From NCBI GenBank assembly GCA_035317605.1, contig DATHGT010000197.1, positions 3,883-67,882 on the forward strand: a stretch of DNA of 64,000 bases. Reading direction: 5' to 3'. This DNA comes from Candidatus Acidiferrum sp. GTDB lineage: Bacteria > Methylomirabilota > Methylomirabilia > Rokubacteriales > CSP1-6. A model generated the notes under the pieces. That model had not been told where the DNA came from and ran no database searches. It saw only the letters and a list, made by a program, of their open reading frames with translations. The position numbers and the translations under genes were made by a program. Positions 42,300 to 51,422 of the stretch are shown here, piece after piece (the stretch's first letter is position 1; the number at the start of each line of letters is the position of its first letter).

Positions 42300-42475
42300 A
42301 CCACCCGGTACTGCGTGACGGGCTCGACGGAGGCCAGCGGCAGCGCCTCCAGCCGCTCGAGCGCCTGGAGCGCGCGCTCGATCGCGGACCGCAGCGGCTC
42401 GAGATCCGAGGGCGCGAAGTCGAACCCGGCCAGGCGCGCGGTGCGTTGCAGCGTTTCCACGTCGACGGAATTCAT
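42296..42475 (-). CDS. Small GatC/AtzG-like amidase partner
   Basis: 59 aa MNSVDVETLQRTARLAGF...LPLASVEPVTQY; stop overlaps the amidase start. Confidence 0.65.
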   Translation of the reverse strand: MNSVDVETLQRTARLAGFDFAPSDLEPLRSAIERALQALERLEALPLASVEPVTQYRVV

Positions 42476-42530
42476 CCGCGTGAGGATACCATCACCGCGC
42501 GTCGCGGAAACCCGGCTAGAATCGAAAGTC

Positions 42531-44399
42531 GTGGCCCTCACGCTCACCGTGCTCACCGATCCCGCCGATCCCGCGGCGCGCCGCGACGTCGCTCTCACCG
42601 GCGGGAACGTGCTCAAGGCGGCCCAGGCCGCGGGGATCGAGATCACCGCCATCTGCGGGGGCCGCGGGCGCTGCACGTCCTGCCGCATCAAGTTCGTGTC
42701 CGGCGCGCCGCCGCCGCCGACGCTGGGCGACGAGGTCCAGCTCGGCGCCGATCTCGTACGCGAGGGCTACCGTCTGGCCTGCCAGTGTCGTCCGAGCGAA
42801 GCCGCGATCGTGCAGCTGGCGCCGCCGCTCCAGGAGGAATCGTTCCAGATTCTCGCCGCCGTGCCCGGCGCGGCGCGCGCGAGCGGCGTGGTCATCGACG
42901 CGGGCATCGTCAAGCAGGTCGTGAAGGTCGACCTGCCGCGCGAGGAGCACCGGCAGACGTCCGACCTCGACCAGCTGCTGACCGCGATCGGCCATGAAGC
43001 TGCCGACGTCGGCCCGAGCGTGCTGGGGACGCTTCCCGCCGCCCTGCGCGGCGACGACGGTCAGGTCACGGTGACCACGTTCGGCCGCCGCGTCCTCGCC
43101 GTCGAGCGCGGCGACACCGCGCTCATGAAGTTCGGTCTCGCCATCGACGTCGGGACCACCAGCGTGGTGACGACCTTGCTGGAGCTGGAATCGGGCGAGC
43201 AGCTCGCCGCGGTCTCGAGCCTCAATCCACAATCCGCGTTCGGCGGCGACCTCATGTCGCGGATCGCCTTCGCCCAGTTCAACCCCGGCAACCTGCGCAA
43301 GCTCACCACCCGGATCGTCGGGCTCCTGAACCAGCACGTCGCCGAGGTGTGCCGCGAGGCGGGCGTGCTGTCGAAGTGGATCTACAAGGCCGTGGTGGTC
43401 GGCAACACGTGCATGCATCACCTGCTGCTCGGCATCGATCCCTCGTACGTGGGGCTGGCGCCCTACGCGCCGGTGATGCGCCATCCGCTGGTGCTGCCCG
43501 CGCGCGACCTGCCGCTCAAGATCGCGCCGGAGGCGCGCGTGTGTCTGCTCCCGCTGGTGGCCGGCTTCGTGGGCGCCGACGCCGTCGCGGTCGCGATCGC
43601 CACCCGCATCTACGCCGCCACCGACGTTCGGGTGGCCGTCGACATCGGAACCAACGGTGAGGTCCTGCTCGGCTCGCCCGATCGGCTGTGGGCGTGCTCG
43701 GCGCCGGCGGGCCCCGCCTTCGAAGGCTCCCAGATCCGTCACGGAATGCGCGGCGCGTCCGGCGCCATCGACCGGGTGACCATCGACGACGACGTCCACG
43801 TCCACACGATCGGCGAGACCGACCCGCTCGGCATCTGCGGGTCCGGGCTGATCGATCTGCTCGCGGGACTCCTCGACGCCGGCGTGATCGACCCGACGGG
43901 ACTGATCCAGGTCGAGCGGCGCGACGAGCTGCCGCCACGGCTGGGCGATCGCGTGGTGATGCGCGGCGAGGAGCGCCAGTTCATCGTGCTGAGAGCCGGC
44001 GAGGCGGGCGCCGCGCGCGAGATCGTGCTGACCCAGGACGACGTTCGGCAAGTCCAGCTCGCCAAGGGCGCGATCGCCTCGGGCGTCGCCATGCTCATTC
44101 ACGTCGCCGGGATCCGGCTCGACGGCGTCGCCGAGCTGATGCTGGCCGGCGGCTTCGGCAACTACGTGTCGATCCCCAGCGCGCTGCGCATCGGGCTCAT
44201 CCCCGCGCTGCCCGTCGAGCGCGTTCGGTATGTCGGCAACGCGGCGTCGCTGGGCGCCCAGCTCTGCCTGCTCTCCGAAGCCGAGCGCTCGCGCGCCGCG
44301 GAGATCGCCGCGCGCATCGAGCACGTCTCGCTGGCCGCGCACCCGGACTTCGAGCAGATCTTCGTGGACTGCATGAACTTCCCGCCCCTCGCGTCATGA
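42531..44399 (+). CDS. ASKHA/DUF4445 ATP-dependent reductive activator of corrinoid proteins (RACE) with N-terminal 2Fe-2S domain
   Basis: CGGRGRCTSC...RLACQC; AIDVGTT, FGGDLMSRI, VVGNTCM, DIGTNGE, APAGPAFEG, GICGSG, LAGGFG; GTG start approximate. Confidence 0.92.
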   Translation: MALTLTVLTDPADPAARRDVALTGGNVLKAAQAAGIEITAICGGRGRCTSCRIKFVSGAPPPPTLGDEVQLGADLVREGYRLACQCRPSEAAIVQLAPPLQEESFQILAAVPGAARASGVVIDAGIVKQVVKVDLPREEHRQTSDLDQLLTAIGHEAADVGPSVLGTLPAALRGDDGQVTVTTFGRRVLAVERGDTALMKFGLAIDVGTTSVVTTLLELESGEQLAAVSSLNPQSAFGGDLMSRIAFAQFNPGNLRKLTTRIVGLLNQHVAEVCREAGVLSKWIYKAVVVGNTCMHHLLLGIDPSYVGLAPYAPVMRHPLVLPARDLPLKIAPEARVCLLPLVAGFVGADAVAVAIATRIYAATDVRVAVDIGTNGEVLLGSPDRLWACSAPAGPAFEGSQIRHGMRGASGAIDRVTIDDDVHVHTIGETDPLGICGSGLIDLLAGLLDAGVIDPTGLIQVERRDELPPRLGDRVVMRGEERQFIVLRAGEAGAAREIVLTQDDVRQVQLAKGAIASGVAMLIHVAGIRLDGVAELMLAGGFGNYVSIPSALRIGLIPALPVERVRYVGNAASLGAQLCLLSEAERSRAAEIAARIEHVSLAAHPDFEQIFVDCMNFPPLAS

Positions 44400-45304
44400 G
44401 CGCTCCGCCCCCCGCTTCGCTGCGTTTGCCGCCGGAGACACTCGGGGCGACGGCGGGACCGTGCGAGCAGACGATCGACGCGCGATGGCTCATGGCCTAC
44501 GCGGGAGCGCTCGGCGAGACCGACGCGCGCTACTTCGACACGATCGCGGCGTCGGGACCGGCCGCGCATCCGCTCTTCTCGGTCTGCTACGAGTGGCCGG
44601 TGGCCGTCGCGCTGCGCGACCGTGCGATCGGCGAAGCGATCTCGCCGTTCAGCGTCCACGCGACGCACGACGTCGTGGTTCATCGTCCGCCGCGCGCGGG
44701 CGACCGGCTCAGCACGACCGCGCGCATCGTCGAAGTCCGCCCCGTGAAGGCGGGCAGCCTGGTGATCGGCCGCTACGACACCGTCGACGCGGCCGGCGCG
44801 CCCGTGACCACCACGCACTACGGCTCGATCTACCGCGGCGTCGCCTGCGCTATCCAAGCAGAGACTTCAGCAGAGAATTCAAGTACCGCCCCGGCGCAGC
44901 CGGGGCGCGACGCGCCCGGGGGGGTTTGGGGGGAGCCGAAGGGGCCCCCCAACTGGACAATCCAAGTGCCCATCAGCGCTCACCTCGCGCACGTCTACAC
45001 CGAGTGTGCACGGATCTGGAACCCCATCCATACCGACATCGCGGTCGCGCGAGCCGCCGGTCTGCCCGGACTCATCCTTCACGGAACCGCCACTCTCGCG
45101 CTCGCCGTCTCGCAGGTCGTCACGCGTGAGCTGGGCGGCGATCCCGGACTCGTCCGTCGTGTCGCGGCCCGCTTCACCGGCATGGTGCCGATGCCGTCGT
45201 TCGTGACCGTCCGTGGGTACGAATCACAGACCGGACACGTCGACTTCGACGCGATCGATGCCGCCGGGCGCGTCGTGCTCGGCCGAGGAGTGGTCAAGCG
45301 ATGA
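44396..45304 (+). CDS. Double hot-dog (MaoC-like, hydratase 2-type) dehydratase
   Basis: N-terminal YAGALG...HPLF...VH...VVVHRP; C-terminal YTECARIWNPIHTD...AGLPGLILHG; ATGA overlaps on both sides. Confidence 0.85.
   Translation: MSAPPPASLRLPPETLGATAGPCEQTIDARWLMAYAGALGETDARYFDTIAASGPAAHPLFSVCYEWPVAVALRDRAIGEAISPFSVHATHDVVVHRPPRAGDRLSTTARIVEVRPVKAGSLVIGRYDTVDAAGAPVTTTHYGSIYRGVACAIQAETSAENSSTAPAQPGRDAPGGVWGEPKGPPNWTIQVPISAHLAHVYTECARIWNPIHTDIAVARAAGLPGLILHGTATLALAVSQVVTRELGGDPGLVRRVAARFTGMVPMPSFVTVRGYESQTGHVDFDAIDAAGRVVLGRGVVKR
44889..44952. repeat. REP-like hairpin plus unit B inserted in frame in the hot-dog linker
   Basis: ccccggc-GCA-gccgggg and ggggtttggggggagccgaaggggccccccaa; matches intergenic copies at 22232-22263 and 21013-21045. 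Confidence 0.7.
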
Positions 45305-46326
45305 AGCAGATGAGCCGCCGCGAGCGCCTGCTCGCCGCCGTCAACGGCGAGCCGACCGATCGCACGCCCTACGCCTTCTGGCGCCACTTCCCGCAGATCG
45401 ACACCAACCCGGCCGGGCTGGCCCAGGCCACCCTCAGGTTTCACGAGCGCTATGGTTCTGACTTCCTCAAGATCACCCCGGCCGGCAGCTACGCGGTCGA
45501 GGCGTGGGGCTGCGTGGAGAGCCCCGACGTCCGGCCCGACGGCCATCGGCCCTGCGCCACCTGCGCGGTGCGCCACGCCGAGGACTGGAAGCGCATCGGG
45601 GTGCTCGATCCCACGACGGCGGCCGGCTACTCCCTGCACGTCGAGACGATCCTGCGCATGGGCTTCGATCGCCGCATCGGCGACGCGCCCGCCCTGCCCA
45701 CGGTGTTCTCGCCGCTCTCGCTGGCCAAGAAGCTCTCGGGCGATCGGCTGCGGGACGATCTCCGCGCCCACCCCGACCTCGTCCGCGGCGCGCTCGAAGC
45801 GATCACCGAGACCCTGATCAGGTTCGCCGACGTGGCGCTGACCGAGGGCGCCTCCGGCGTCTTCTATTCGATCCAGGCCGCGAGCCTCGGCCAGCACACC
45901 GAGGAGGAGTACGCGGAGTTCGGCGAGCCCTACGACCGGCGCTTCCTCGAGTCGCTGGGCTCACGCTCGATCCTGACCGTCATCCACTGTCACGGCGAGC
46001 GGCTGATGTTCGATCGCCTCGCCCGCCTGCCCGGTCACGTCTGGAACTGGGACGACCGGGGGTCGGGGCCCTCGCTCGCGCAGGGCCGCGCCGTGGTGAG
46101 CGGAGCCCTCGCGGGCGGGCTCGATCAGTGGAAGACCCTGCGCGACGGCACGCCCGAGAAGGCCGTGGCGGAGGCGGAAGACGCGCTCGCCCAGACCGAC
46201 GGGCGCGGTCTGATCGTCGCCGCCGGTTGCGTGCTGCCGATGGACACTCCCGACCCCAACGTCGCCGCCGTCGTCCGCCGCCTCGGCGGCCCCCTCAAGC
46301 CCGTCCCCGGCGCCGTCTTTCGGTGA
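45301..46326 (+). CDS. Uroporphyrinogen decarboxylase / MtaA-CmuA methyltransferase superfamily protein
   Basis: RRERLLAAVNGEPTDRTP, TVFSPLS, IHCHG, WNW, GLIVAAGC; TIM-barrel URO-D-like layout. Confidence 0.75.
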   Translation: MKQMSRRERLLAAVNGEPTDRTPYAFWRHFPQIDTNPAGLAQATLRFHERYGSDFLKITPAGSYAVEAWGCVESPDVRPDGHRPCATCAVRHAEDWKRIGVLDPTTAAGYSLHVETILRMGFDRRIGDAPALPTVFSPLSLAKKLSGDRLRDDLRAHPDLVRGALEAITETLIRFADVALTEGASGVFYSIQAASLGQHTEEEYAEFGEPYDRRFLESLGSRSILTVIHCHGERLMFDRLARLPGHVWNWDDRGSGPSLAQGRAVVSGALAGGLDQWKTLRDGTPEKAVAEAEDALAQTDGRGLIVAAGCVLPMDTPDPNVAAVVRRLGGPLKPVPGAVFR

Positions 46327-46342
46327 CGGAGGGTGCGCGGGA

Positions 46343-47422
46343 CTACTTCGCGACGTTGAAGCGGAAGTGACAGACTTCGCCGTCGCGCACGACGTAGTCC
46401 TTGCCTTCCAGGCGGAGCTGGCCGCGGGCGCGGAGGTCGGCGAACGAGCCTTCGACCGTGATCAATTCGTCGTAGGTGTTGACCTCGGCGCGGATGAAGC
46501 CGCGCGCGATGTCCGAGTGGACCGTCCCCGCGGCATCCTGGGCCCGCGTTCCCCGCGGGATCGGCCAGGCCCGCACCTCGTCCTCGCCCACCGTGAAGAA
46601 GGACACGAGGCCCAGCAGCGCGTAGCAGTCCTGGAGCAGCCGGCGTAGGGCGGGCTCGCGCAATCCGAGATCGGCGAGGAACGCCGTCTGCTCCTCGCCG
46701 CTGAGCTGAGAGATCTCAGCCTCGATCACCGCCGACACCCAGCCCACGCGGGTGTGCGGGCGCGCCGCGACCGCTTCCAGCCCGAACCGCTCGACCACGC
46801 GCTCGCCGTCGGCGACGGCCGCCTCGTCGAGGTTCACGCAGTGCAGGATCGGCTTCTGGGACAGGAACGTGAAGCCGCGGATGACCTTGGCGTCGTCCGC
46901 GGAGATGTCGACGACACGCAGCGCCCGCTCAGCCTCCAGCTCGCCTTGAAGACGCCGGAGGATCTCCTGCTCCTTCACCTCGGCGTCGGTCCGGCGCTTC
47001 TTGATCGACGCCTCCAGCCGCTCGAGCCGGCGCTCGATGACCTCGAGGTCGGCCAGGATCAGCTCCGTTTCCAGGTCCGAGATGTCGCGGCGGGGATCGG
47101 GTCCGGGCAGCGCCGGATCGTCGAACGCGCGGACCACGTGAAGGAGCGCGTCGGCGTCGCGGAACTCCTTGGTGTCGAGCCCGCTCCGCTCGCCCTTGGC
47201 GATCCCCGCCAGGTCGACCACCTCGAAAGTCGCGAACGTGGTCTTCTTCGGCTTGAACATCCCGCTCAGCCGGTCGACGCGCGGATCCGGCACCCGCGCC
47301 ACGCCCGTGTGCAGCTCCGCCCGGCCCGTGTCGTAGCGCGAGGTGGCCACGTTGGCCCCCGTGAGGAGATTGAACAGCGTCGTCTTCCCGCCCTTGGGCA
47401 ATCCGATGAGTCCGATCTTCAT
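46343..47422 (-). CDS. ychF: YchF/Obg-family ATPase
   Basis: [58 protein letters not shown]. Confidence 0.93.
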   Translation of the reverse strand: MKIGLIGLPKGGKTTLFNLLTGANVATSRYDTGRAELHTGVARVPDPRVDRLSGMFKPKKTTFATFEVVDLAGIAKGERSGLDTKEFRDADALLHVVRAFDDPALPGPDPRRDISDLETELILADLEVIERRLERLEASIKKRRTDAEVKEQEILRRLQGELEAERALRVVDISADDAKVIRGFTFLSQKPILHCVNLDEAAVADGERVVERFGLEAVAARPHTRVGWVSAVIEAEISQLSGEEQTAFLADLGLREPALRRLLQDCYALLGLVSFFTVGEDEVRAWPIPRGTRAQDAAGTVHSDIARGFIRAEVNTYDELITVEGSFADLRARGQLRLEGKDYVVRDGEVCHFRFNVAK

Positions 47423-47516
47423 GCGCTCGATTCTCGCCCAACGCCGACCCCGAAGCTACCGACCCGCGTGATAGATCGGCCGCGATGCCGGCCCGCGACG
47501 CTGCCTCGCCCAACCG

Positions 47517-47636
47517 GCCACCCAGCCGGTCTACGGGGTCATCGCCGCCACCCTCATGGCGGGAGACCGGCTGGCTCCGGAGCTGATCGTGGCGAGCGTG
47601 GCGGTGACGGTGGGCATCTGGCTGATCGGCCGCTGA
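47517..47636 (+). pseudogene. C-terminal remnant of an EamA/DMT transporter
   Basis: Frame [39 protein letters not shown] resembles the last two DMT helices; in-frame TGA TAG upstream and no start codon. Confidence 0.5.
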
Positions 47637-47665
47637 CGGCCGCCCCGGCCGGTATAATTCGCCTG

Positions 47666-48034
47666 ATGCCGAGCCAGCCGTCGAAGAGCATCGAGACCGT
47701 TCCGAACCCGCACCCCGATCGCGACTACGAGGTCACGATGACGGTGCCGGAGTTCACCTGCCTCTGCCCGATCACGGGCCAGCCCGACTTCGCGACCCTG
47801 CGCATCCGCTACGTCCCCGACCAGCACCTGGTCGAGCTGAAATCGCTCAAGCTCTACGTGTGGTCGTATCGCAACGAAGGCGCCTTCCACGAGGACGTGA
47901 CCAACCGCATCCTGGATGATCTGGTGGCGGCGGCGCGGCCGCGGTTCATGGAGATCGTCGGCGACTTCAACGTCCGCGGCGGCATCAAGACCGAAATCCG
48001 CGTCACCTACGGCAAGCCCGTCGATCTGCCCTGA
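47666..48034 (+). CDS. queF: NADPH-dependent 7-cyano-7-deazaguanine reductase (short type)
   Basis: [38 protein letters not shown]; TATAAT 7 nt upstream. Confidence 0.96.
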   Translation: MPSQPSKSIETVPNPHPDRDYEVTMTVPEFTCLCPITGQPDFATLRIRYVPDQHLVELKSLKLYVWSYRNEGAFHEDVTNRILDDLVAAARPRFMEIVGDFNVRGGIKTEIRVTYGKPVDLP

Positions 48035-48048
48035 TTCGTCCAGCTCGA

Positions 48049-48204
48049 GCTAAATAATCCTCGGGAAATTGGTCGACCGTTTCACGTCGGGGGGTCGAGC
48101 GCCGATTTCGCAGAAAAGAGGAGCGAAGCTCCTCTTTTTGAGGACCCAGGCCAGCCGACCCCCCGACGTGAAACGGTCGACCAATTTCCCGAGCTCCATT
48201 TAGC
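48049..48204. mobile_element. MITE-like element with 38-bp perfect inverted repeats and an internal hairpin
   Basis: 48060-48097 is the exact reverse complement of 48156-48193; outer gctaaat/atttagc pair; core aaaagaggagc-GAA-gctcctctttt. Confidence 0.6.
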
Positions 48205-48778
48205 GCTCCCGCGGCATGTACGTATCGCGTATCGCCGCGTAGATCGCGTGCAGCACGACCAGGTGGAGCTCCTCGATGTGCTGCATGTTCTCGCTGGCCA
48301 CGAGGACGCAGTGGTCGCAGAGCGGCTTGAGCTTGCCGCCGTCGCCGCCGGTGAGCCCCACCGTGACCGCGCCCTGCGCCCGCGCCAGCGTCAGCGCGTT
48401 CAGCACGTTGGGAGAGTTGCCGCTGCCGCTGATCGCCATCACCACGTCACCGCGGCCCACGAAGTTGCGGAGCTGCTCGGCGAAGACCTGATCGTACGCG
48501 GTGTCGTTGGCCCAGGCCGTCATCAACGACACGTTGCTGGTCAGGCTCAGCACCTTGAAGCGCCGCGGGAAGCCGCGCATCCCGCCCTTGCCGAGGTCGT
48601 TGACGAAGTGCTCGGCGTTGGCCGCGCTGCCCCCGTTGCCCATCACGTAGATGAAGCGCTCCGCCTCCAGCGCCCGCACGAGGGCCGCGATCACGCCGTC
48701 GATGGCGGCGACGGGAAGCTTGCGGAGCGTGTCGGCGCTCGTCGCCAGATAGCGCTCGAGATAGCTGACCCGGCTCAT
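48200..48778 (-). CDS. SIS-domain phosphoheptose isomerase (GmhA)-like protein
   Basis: GNGGSAANAEHF, WANDTAYDQVF, ISGSGNSPNV, LTGGDGGKL, IEELH. Confidence 0.88.
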   Translation of the reverse strand: MSRVSYLERYLATSADTLRKLPVAAIDGVIAALVRALEAERFIYVMGNGGSAANAEHFVNDLGKGGMRGFPRRFKVLSLTSNVSLMTAWANDTAYDQVFAEQLRNFVGRGDVVMAISGSGNSPNVLNALTLARAQGAVTVGLTGGDGGKLKPLCDHCVLVASENMQHIEELHLVVLHAIYAAIRDTYMPRER

Positions 48779-48788
48779 ACCAATTCCA

Positions 48789-49601
48789 TCATTTGGAACG
48801 GACACTTTTGAGGAAACGAATCAGGGCGCGGTTGAAGGCCTCGGTTTGCTCGAGGATCAGCCAGCGACCGCCGGGGATCACGCTGAGTCGGGAGCGGCGG
48901 ATCAGCTTGGCCAGCGCCCGCGCGAAGTCGGGGGGCGTGAAGATGTCGTCCCGGCCGGCCACGACGAGGGTCGGCACCTTGATCGTCCCCAGGCGCGCGA
49001 CGCGAGTGCCGTTCCAGGCGGCGACGCCGCGGGCCTGGCGCTCGATGGCCTCGGCCTTGGTCTGGTGCGGATAGGACAGGGCCGCGCGAAACGCCATCTC
49101 GACGTTGTCCTTCCGCTCGAAGAACGCGGGACCGAAGATCCACGGAAAGAACACGTGACGGTAGCGCTCCTCGATGGGCACCCGCGAGACCAGCGACGCC
49201 CACGACTCCACCACCCGCAGGAACCGCGCGTCGGCGGTCGCCCAGGTGGAGACCAGGGTCAGCGAGCGGACGATCTGCGCGTGCCGGAGCGCCAGCTCCT
49301 GGGCGACGGTCCCGCCCATCGAGAGGCCGACCACGTGGGCGCGGGGGATCTTCAGCTCGCGCAGCAGCGCGACGGCATCCTCCGCGAGCTGGGCCGTCGT
49401 GTACACGGGCTCCGGCGGCAGGTCGGTCTCACCGACGCCCCGATTGTCGAACGTGATCACCCGGAAGGACGGGGCCAGCGCCTTGACCTGGGGCGCCCAC
49501 ATCGCGCCCGGCATCGACAGCCCGGCGATGAGCAGCACGGGATCGCCTGTCCCGGCGACCTCGTAGTGCAGCCGGATCCCGTTGAGGATGGCGTAGGCCA
49601 T
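48789..49601 (-). CDS. Alpha/beta hydrolase fold protein (catalytic His position is Arg)
   Basis: FDNRGVG, VVGLSMGG, AGRDDIFTP, IPGGRWLILEQ. Confidence 0.85.
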   Translation of the reverse strand: MAYAILNGIRLHYEVAGTGDPVLLIAGLSMPGAMWAPQVKALAPSFRVITFDNRGVGETDLPPEPVYTTAQLAEDAVALLRELKIPRAHVVGLSMGGTVAQELALRHAQIVRSLTLVSTWATADARFLRVVESWASLVSRVPIEERYRHVFFPWIFGPAFFERKDNVEMAFRAALSYPHQTKAEAIERQARGVAAWNGTRVARLGTIKVPTLVVAGRDDIFTPPDFARALAKLIRRSRLSVIPGGRWLILEQTEAFNRALIRFLKSVRSK

Positions 49602-49602
49602 C

Positions 49603-50619
49603 TCAGCGGGGCGCCCGGGGGACGACGGTGACCTTGATGGAGTCCGGCGCGCGATGGGCGGCGAAGGCGGCGTCGATGGAGCCCAGGTCGAACCGATGGG
49701 TGAGTAGCGGTCCGGTGCGCACGCGGCCCGTCTCCAGCAGCCCGAGGGCCTGGGGGAACTCGTCCTGGTAGATCATCGACCCGACGATGGTGATCTCGTG
49801 TCGGACGATCGGGAAGAACGACAGCGTCGTCGGCTCGTGCGGGAGCCCGGTGAGCACGACGCGCCCGCCGGGCCGGGCCAGCGCCACCGCGTGGTTCACC
49901 GCATCGGCCGTCCCCGCGGTCTCGACGACGAGATCGACGCCCTCGCGCCCGGAGAACCGCCTGGACAGGACGTCGAGCGGGCCGTCGGCGACCGCGTGGG
50001 TCTCGTCGGCCCCCAGCTCGCGGGCGAGCGCGAAGCGGCGCGCGCTCCGGCTCACCACCAGGACCCGGACGCCCGCCGCGCGCAGCACCTGGAGCGCGAG
50101 CAGTCCGAGCGTCCCGCCGCCGACGACCGCCGCCGTTTGGCCGGGCTTGGGAAGACCCCGGTTGACGGCGCGGACCACGACGGCCAGCGGCTCGGCGATG
50201 ACCGCCGCGTCGTCTGGGACGGAATCGGCGACGGGCCAGCAACACTTCGCGGGCAGCGCGGCGAGCTCGGCGAACGCGCCGTCCGCGTCGATGCCGATGG
50301 CGGTTCGCCGGGGGCAGAGGTTGCGGTTGCCCTCGAGGCAGAGGGGGCAGCGTCCGCACGAATAGTTCGGCTCGGCGACCACGCGCTGCCCCACCCGGAG
50401 GTGCGCGACGTTCCCGCCGATGGCTTCGATCCGACCCACGAATTCGTGGCCCATGATCAAGGGATAGGTCACCGGCCGGTCGCCGCTCCAGATCCGATAG
50501 TCGGTCCCGCACAGGCCGGCCAGGGCAACGCGGACGAGCGCATCGTCGGGCCCGAGGTCGGGGGTGGCAGACGGGCCGACCGTGAGCGAGCGGGGGCTCC
50601 GCAGAACGGCCGCGTTCAC
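49603..50619 (-). CDS. Zn-dependent medium-chain dehydrogenase (TDH/sorbitol DH-like)
   Basis: GLCGTD, GHEFVG, CGRCPLCLEGNRNLC, EPLA, GGGTLG. Confidence 0.92.
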   Translation of the reverse strand: MNAAVLRSPRSLTVGPSATPDLGPDDALVRVALAGLCGTDYRIWSGDRPVTYPLIMGHEFVGRIEAIGGNVAHLRVGQRVVAEPNYSCGRCPLCLEGNRNLCPRRTAIGIDADGAFAELAALPAKCCWPVADSVPDDAAVIAEPLAVVVRAVNRGLPKPGQTAAVVGGGTLGLLALQVLRAAGVRVLVVSRSARRFALARELGADETHAVADGPLDVLSRRFSGREGVDLVVETAGTADAVNHAVALARPGGRVVLTGLPHEPTTLSFFPIVRHEITIVGSMIYQDEFPQALGLLETGRVRTGPLLTHRFDLGSIDAAFAAHRAPDSIKVTVVPRAPR

Positions 50620-50666
50620 GCCGTCAATCTACCATGGGACCTCGCCACGGCCCCGCAAACAAGGGC

Positions 50667-51422
50667 CTACGCCGCGGTGTGGCCGCCGTCGAGGTAGATG
50701 GTTTGACCGGTCATGAAGTCGGAGGCCGACGAGGCCAGATAGACGGCGAGGGGGCCGATTTCCTCCGGCCGCCCGCGGCGGCGGGCGGGAACGTCGCGGA
50801 GCAGGCGGTCGGCGAGGCGGGTGTCGCCGGTGTCGAAGGCCGGCGCCGACATGTCCGTCTCGAACCAGCCCGGCGCGATGGCGTTGACCTGGATGTTGTG
50901 GCGCGCCCACTCGACCCCGAGCGTGCGGGTGAACGCGACGATCGCACCTTTGGTGGCTGAGTAGATCGTGTAGCCGGGCAGGCCGATGGCCCCCAGCATC
51001 GACGACACGTTGACGACCTTGCCCGCGCCCTGGGCGATGAGATGGGCGGCGGCGGCCCGACAGCCGTTGATCACGCCGCCGAGGTTGACGTCGAGCAACG
51101 CACGCCACTCGTCCGGCGTCCACTCCACCAGCGGCTTCACCCGGGCGACGCCCGAGTTGTTGACCACGATGTCGAGCCGGCCCAGCGCGCCGATCGCCGA
51201 CCGCATCAGCGTCTCGACGGCCGCATAGCTGGTCACGTCGGTCGGGACCACGAGGGCCCGGCGCCCCGCGCCCTCCACGAGGTGGGCGGTCTCCTCGAGG
51301 TCCGGTTTCGAGCGCGCGGCCAGCGCGAGATCGGCGCCGGCCTCGGCCAGCGCCACGGACATCGCGCGACCGAGACCCCGCGACGCGCCGGTGACGACCG
51401 CGACCTTCCCGGCGAGCGTCAC
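50667..51422 (-). CDS. Short-chain dehydrogenase/reductase (KduD/gluconate 5-DH-like)
   Basis: TGASRGLG, NNSG, YSATK, NAIAPGWF. Confidence 0.9.
   Translation of the reverse strand: MTLAGKVAVVTGASRGLGRAMSVALAEAGADLALAARSKPDLEETAHLVEGAGRRALVVPTDVTSYAAVETLMRSAIGALGRLDIVVNNSGVARVKPLVEWTPDEWRALLDVNLGGVINGCRAAAAHLIAQGAGKVVNVSSMLGAIGLPGYTIYSATKGAIVAFTRTLGVEWARHNIQVNAIAPGWFETDMSAPAFDTGDTRLADRLLRDVPARRRGRPEEIGPLAVYLASSASDFMTGQTIYLDGGHTAA

Noticed and set aside
40878-42475. GatCA of the tRNA transamidosome
   Set aside because: No gatB adjacent, and the small ORF is shorter than GatC; treated as a catabolic amidase pair.
45301-46326. hemE for the heme pathway
   Set aside because: Lacks the HemE W.MRQAGR motif and sits with a corrinoid activator, far from the hem operon.
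47640-47666. preQ1 riboswitch upstream of queF
   Set aside because: The -10 box sits 7 nt from the ATG, leaving no leader for an aptamer.
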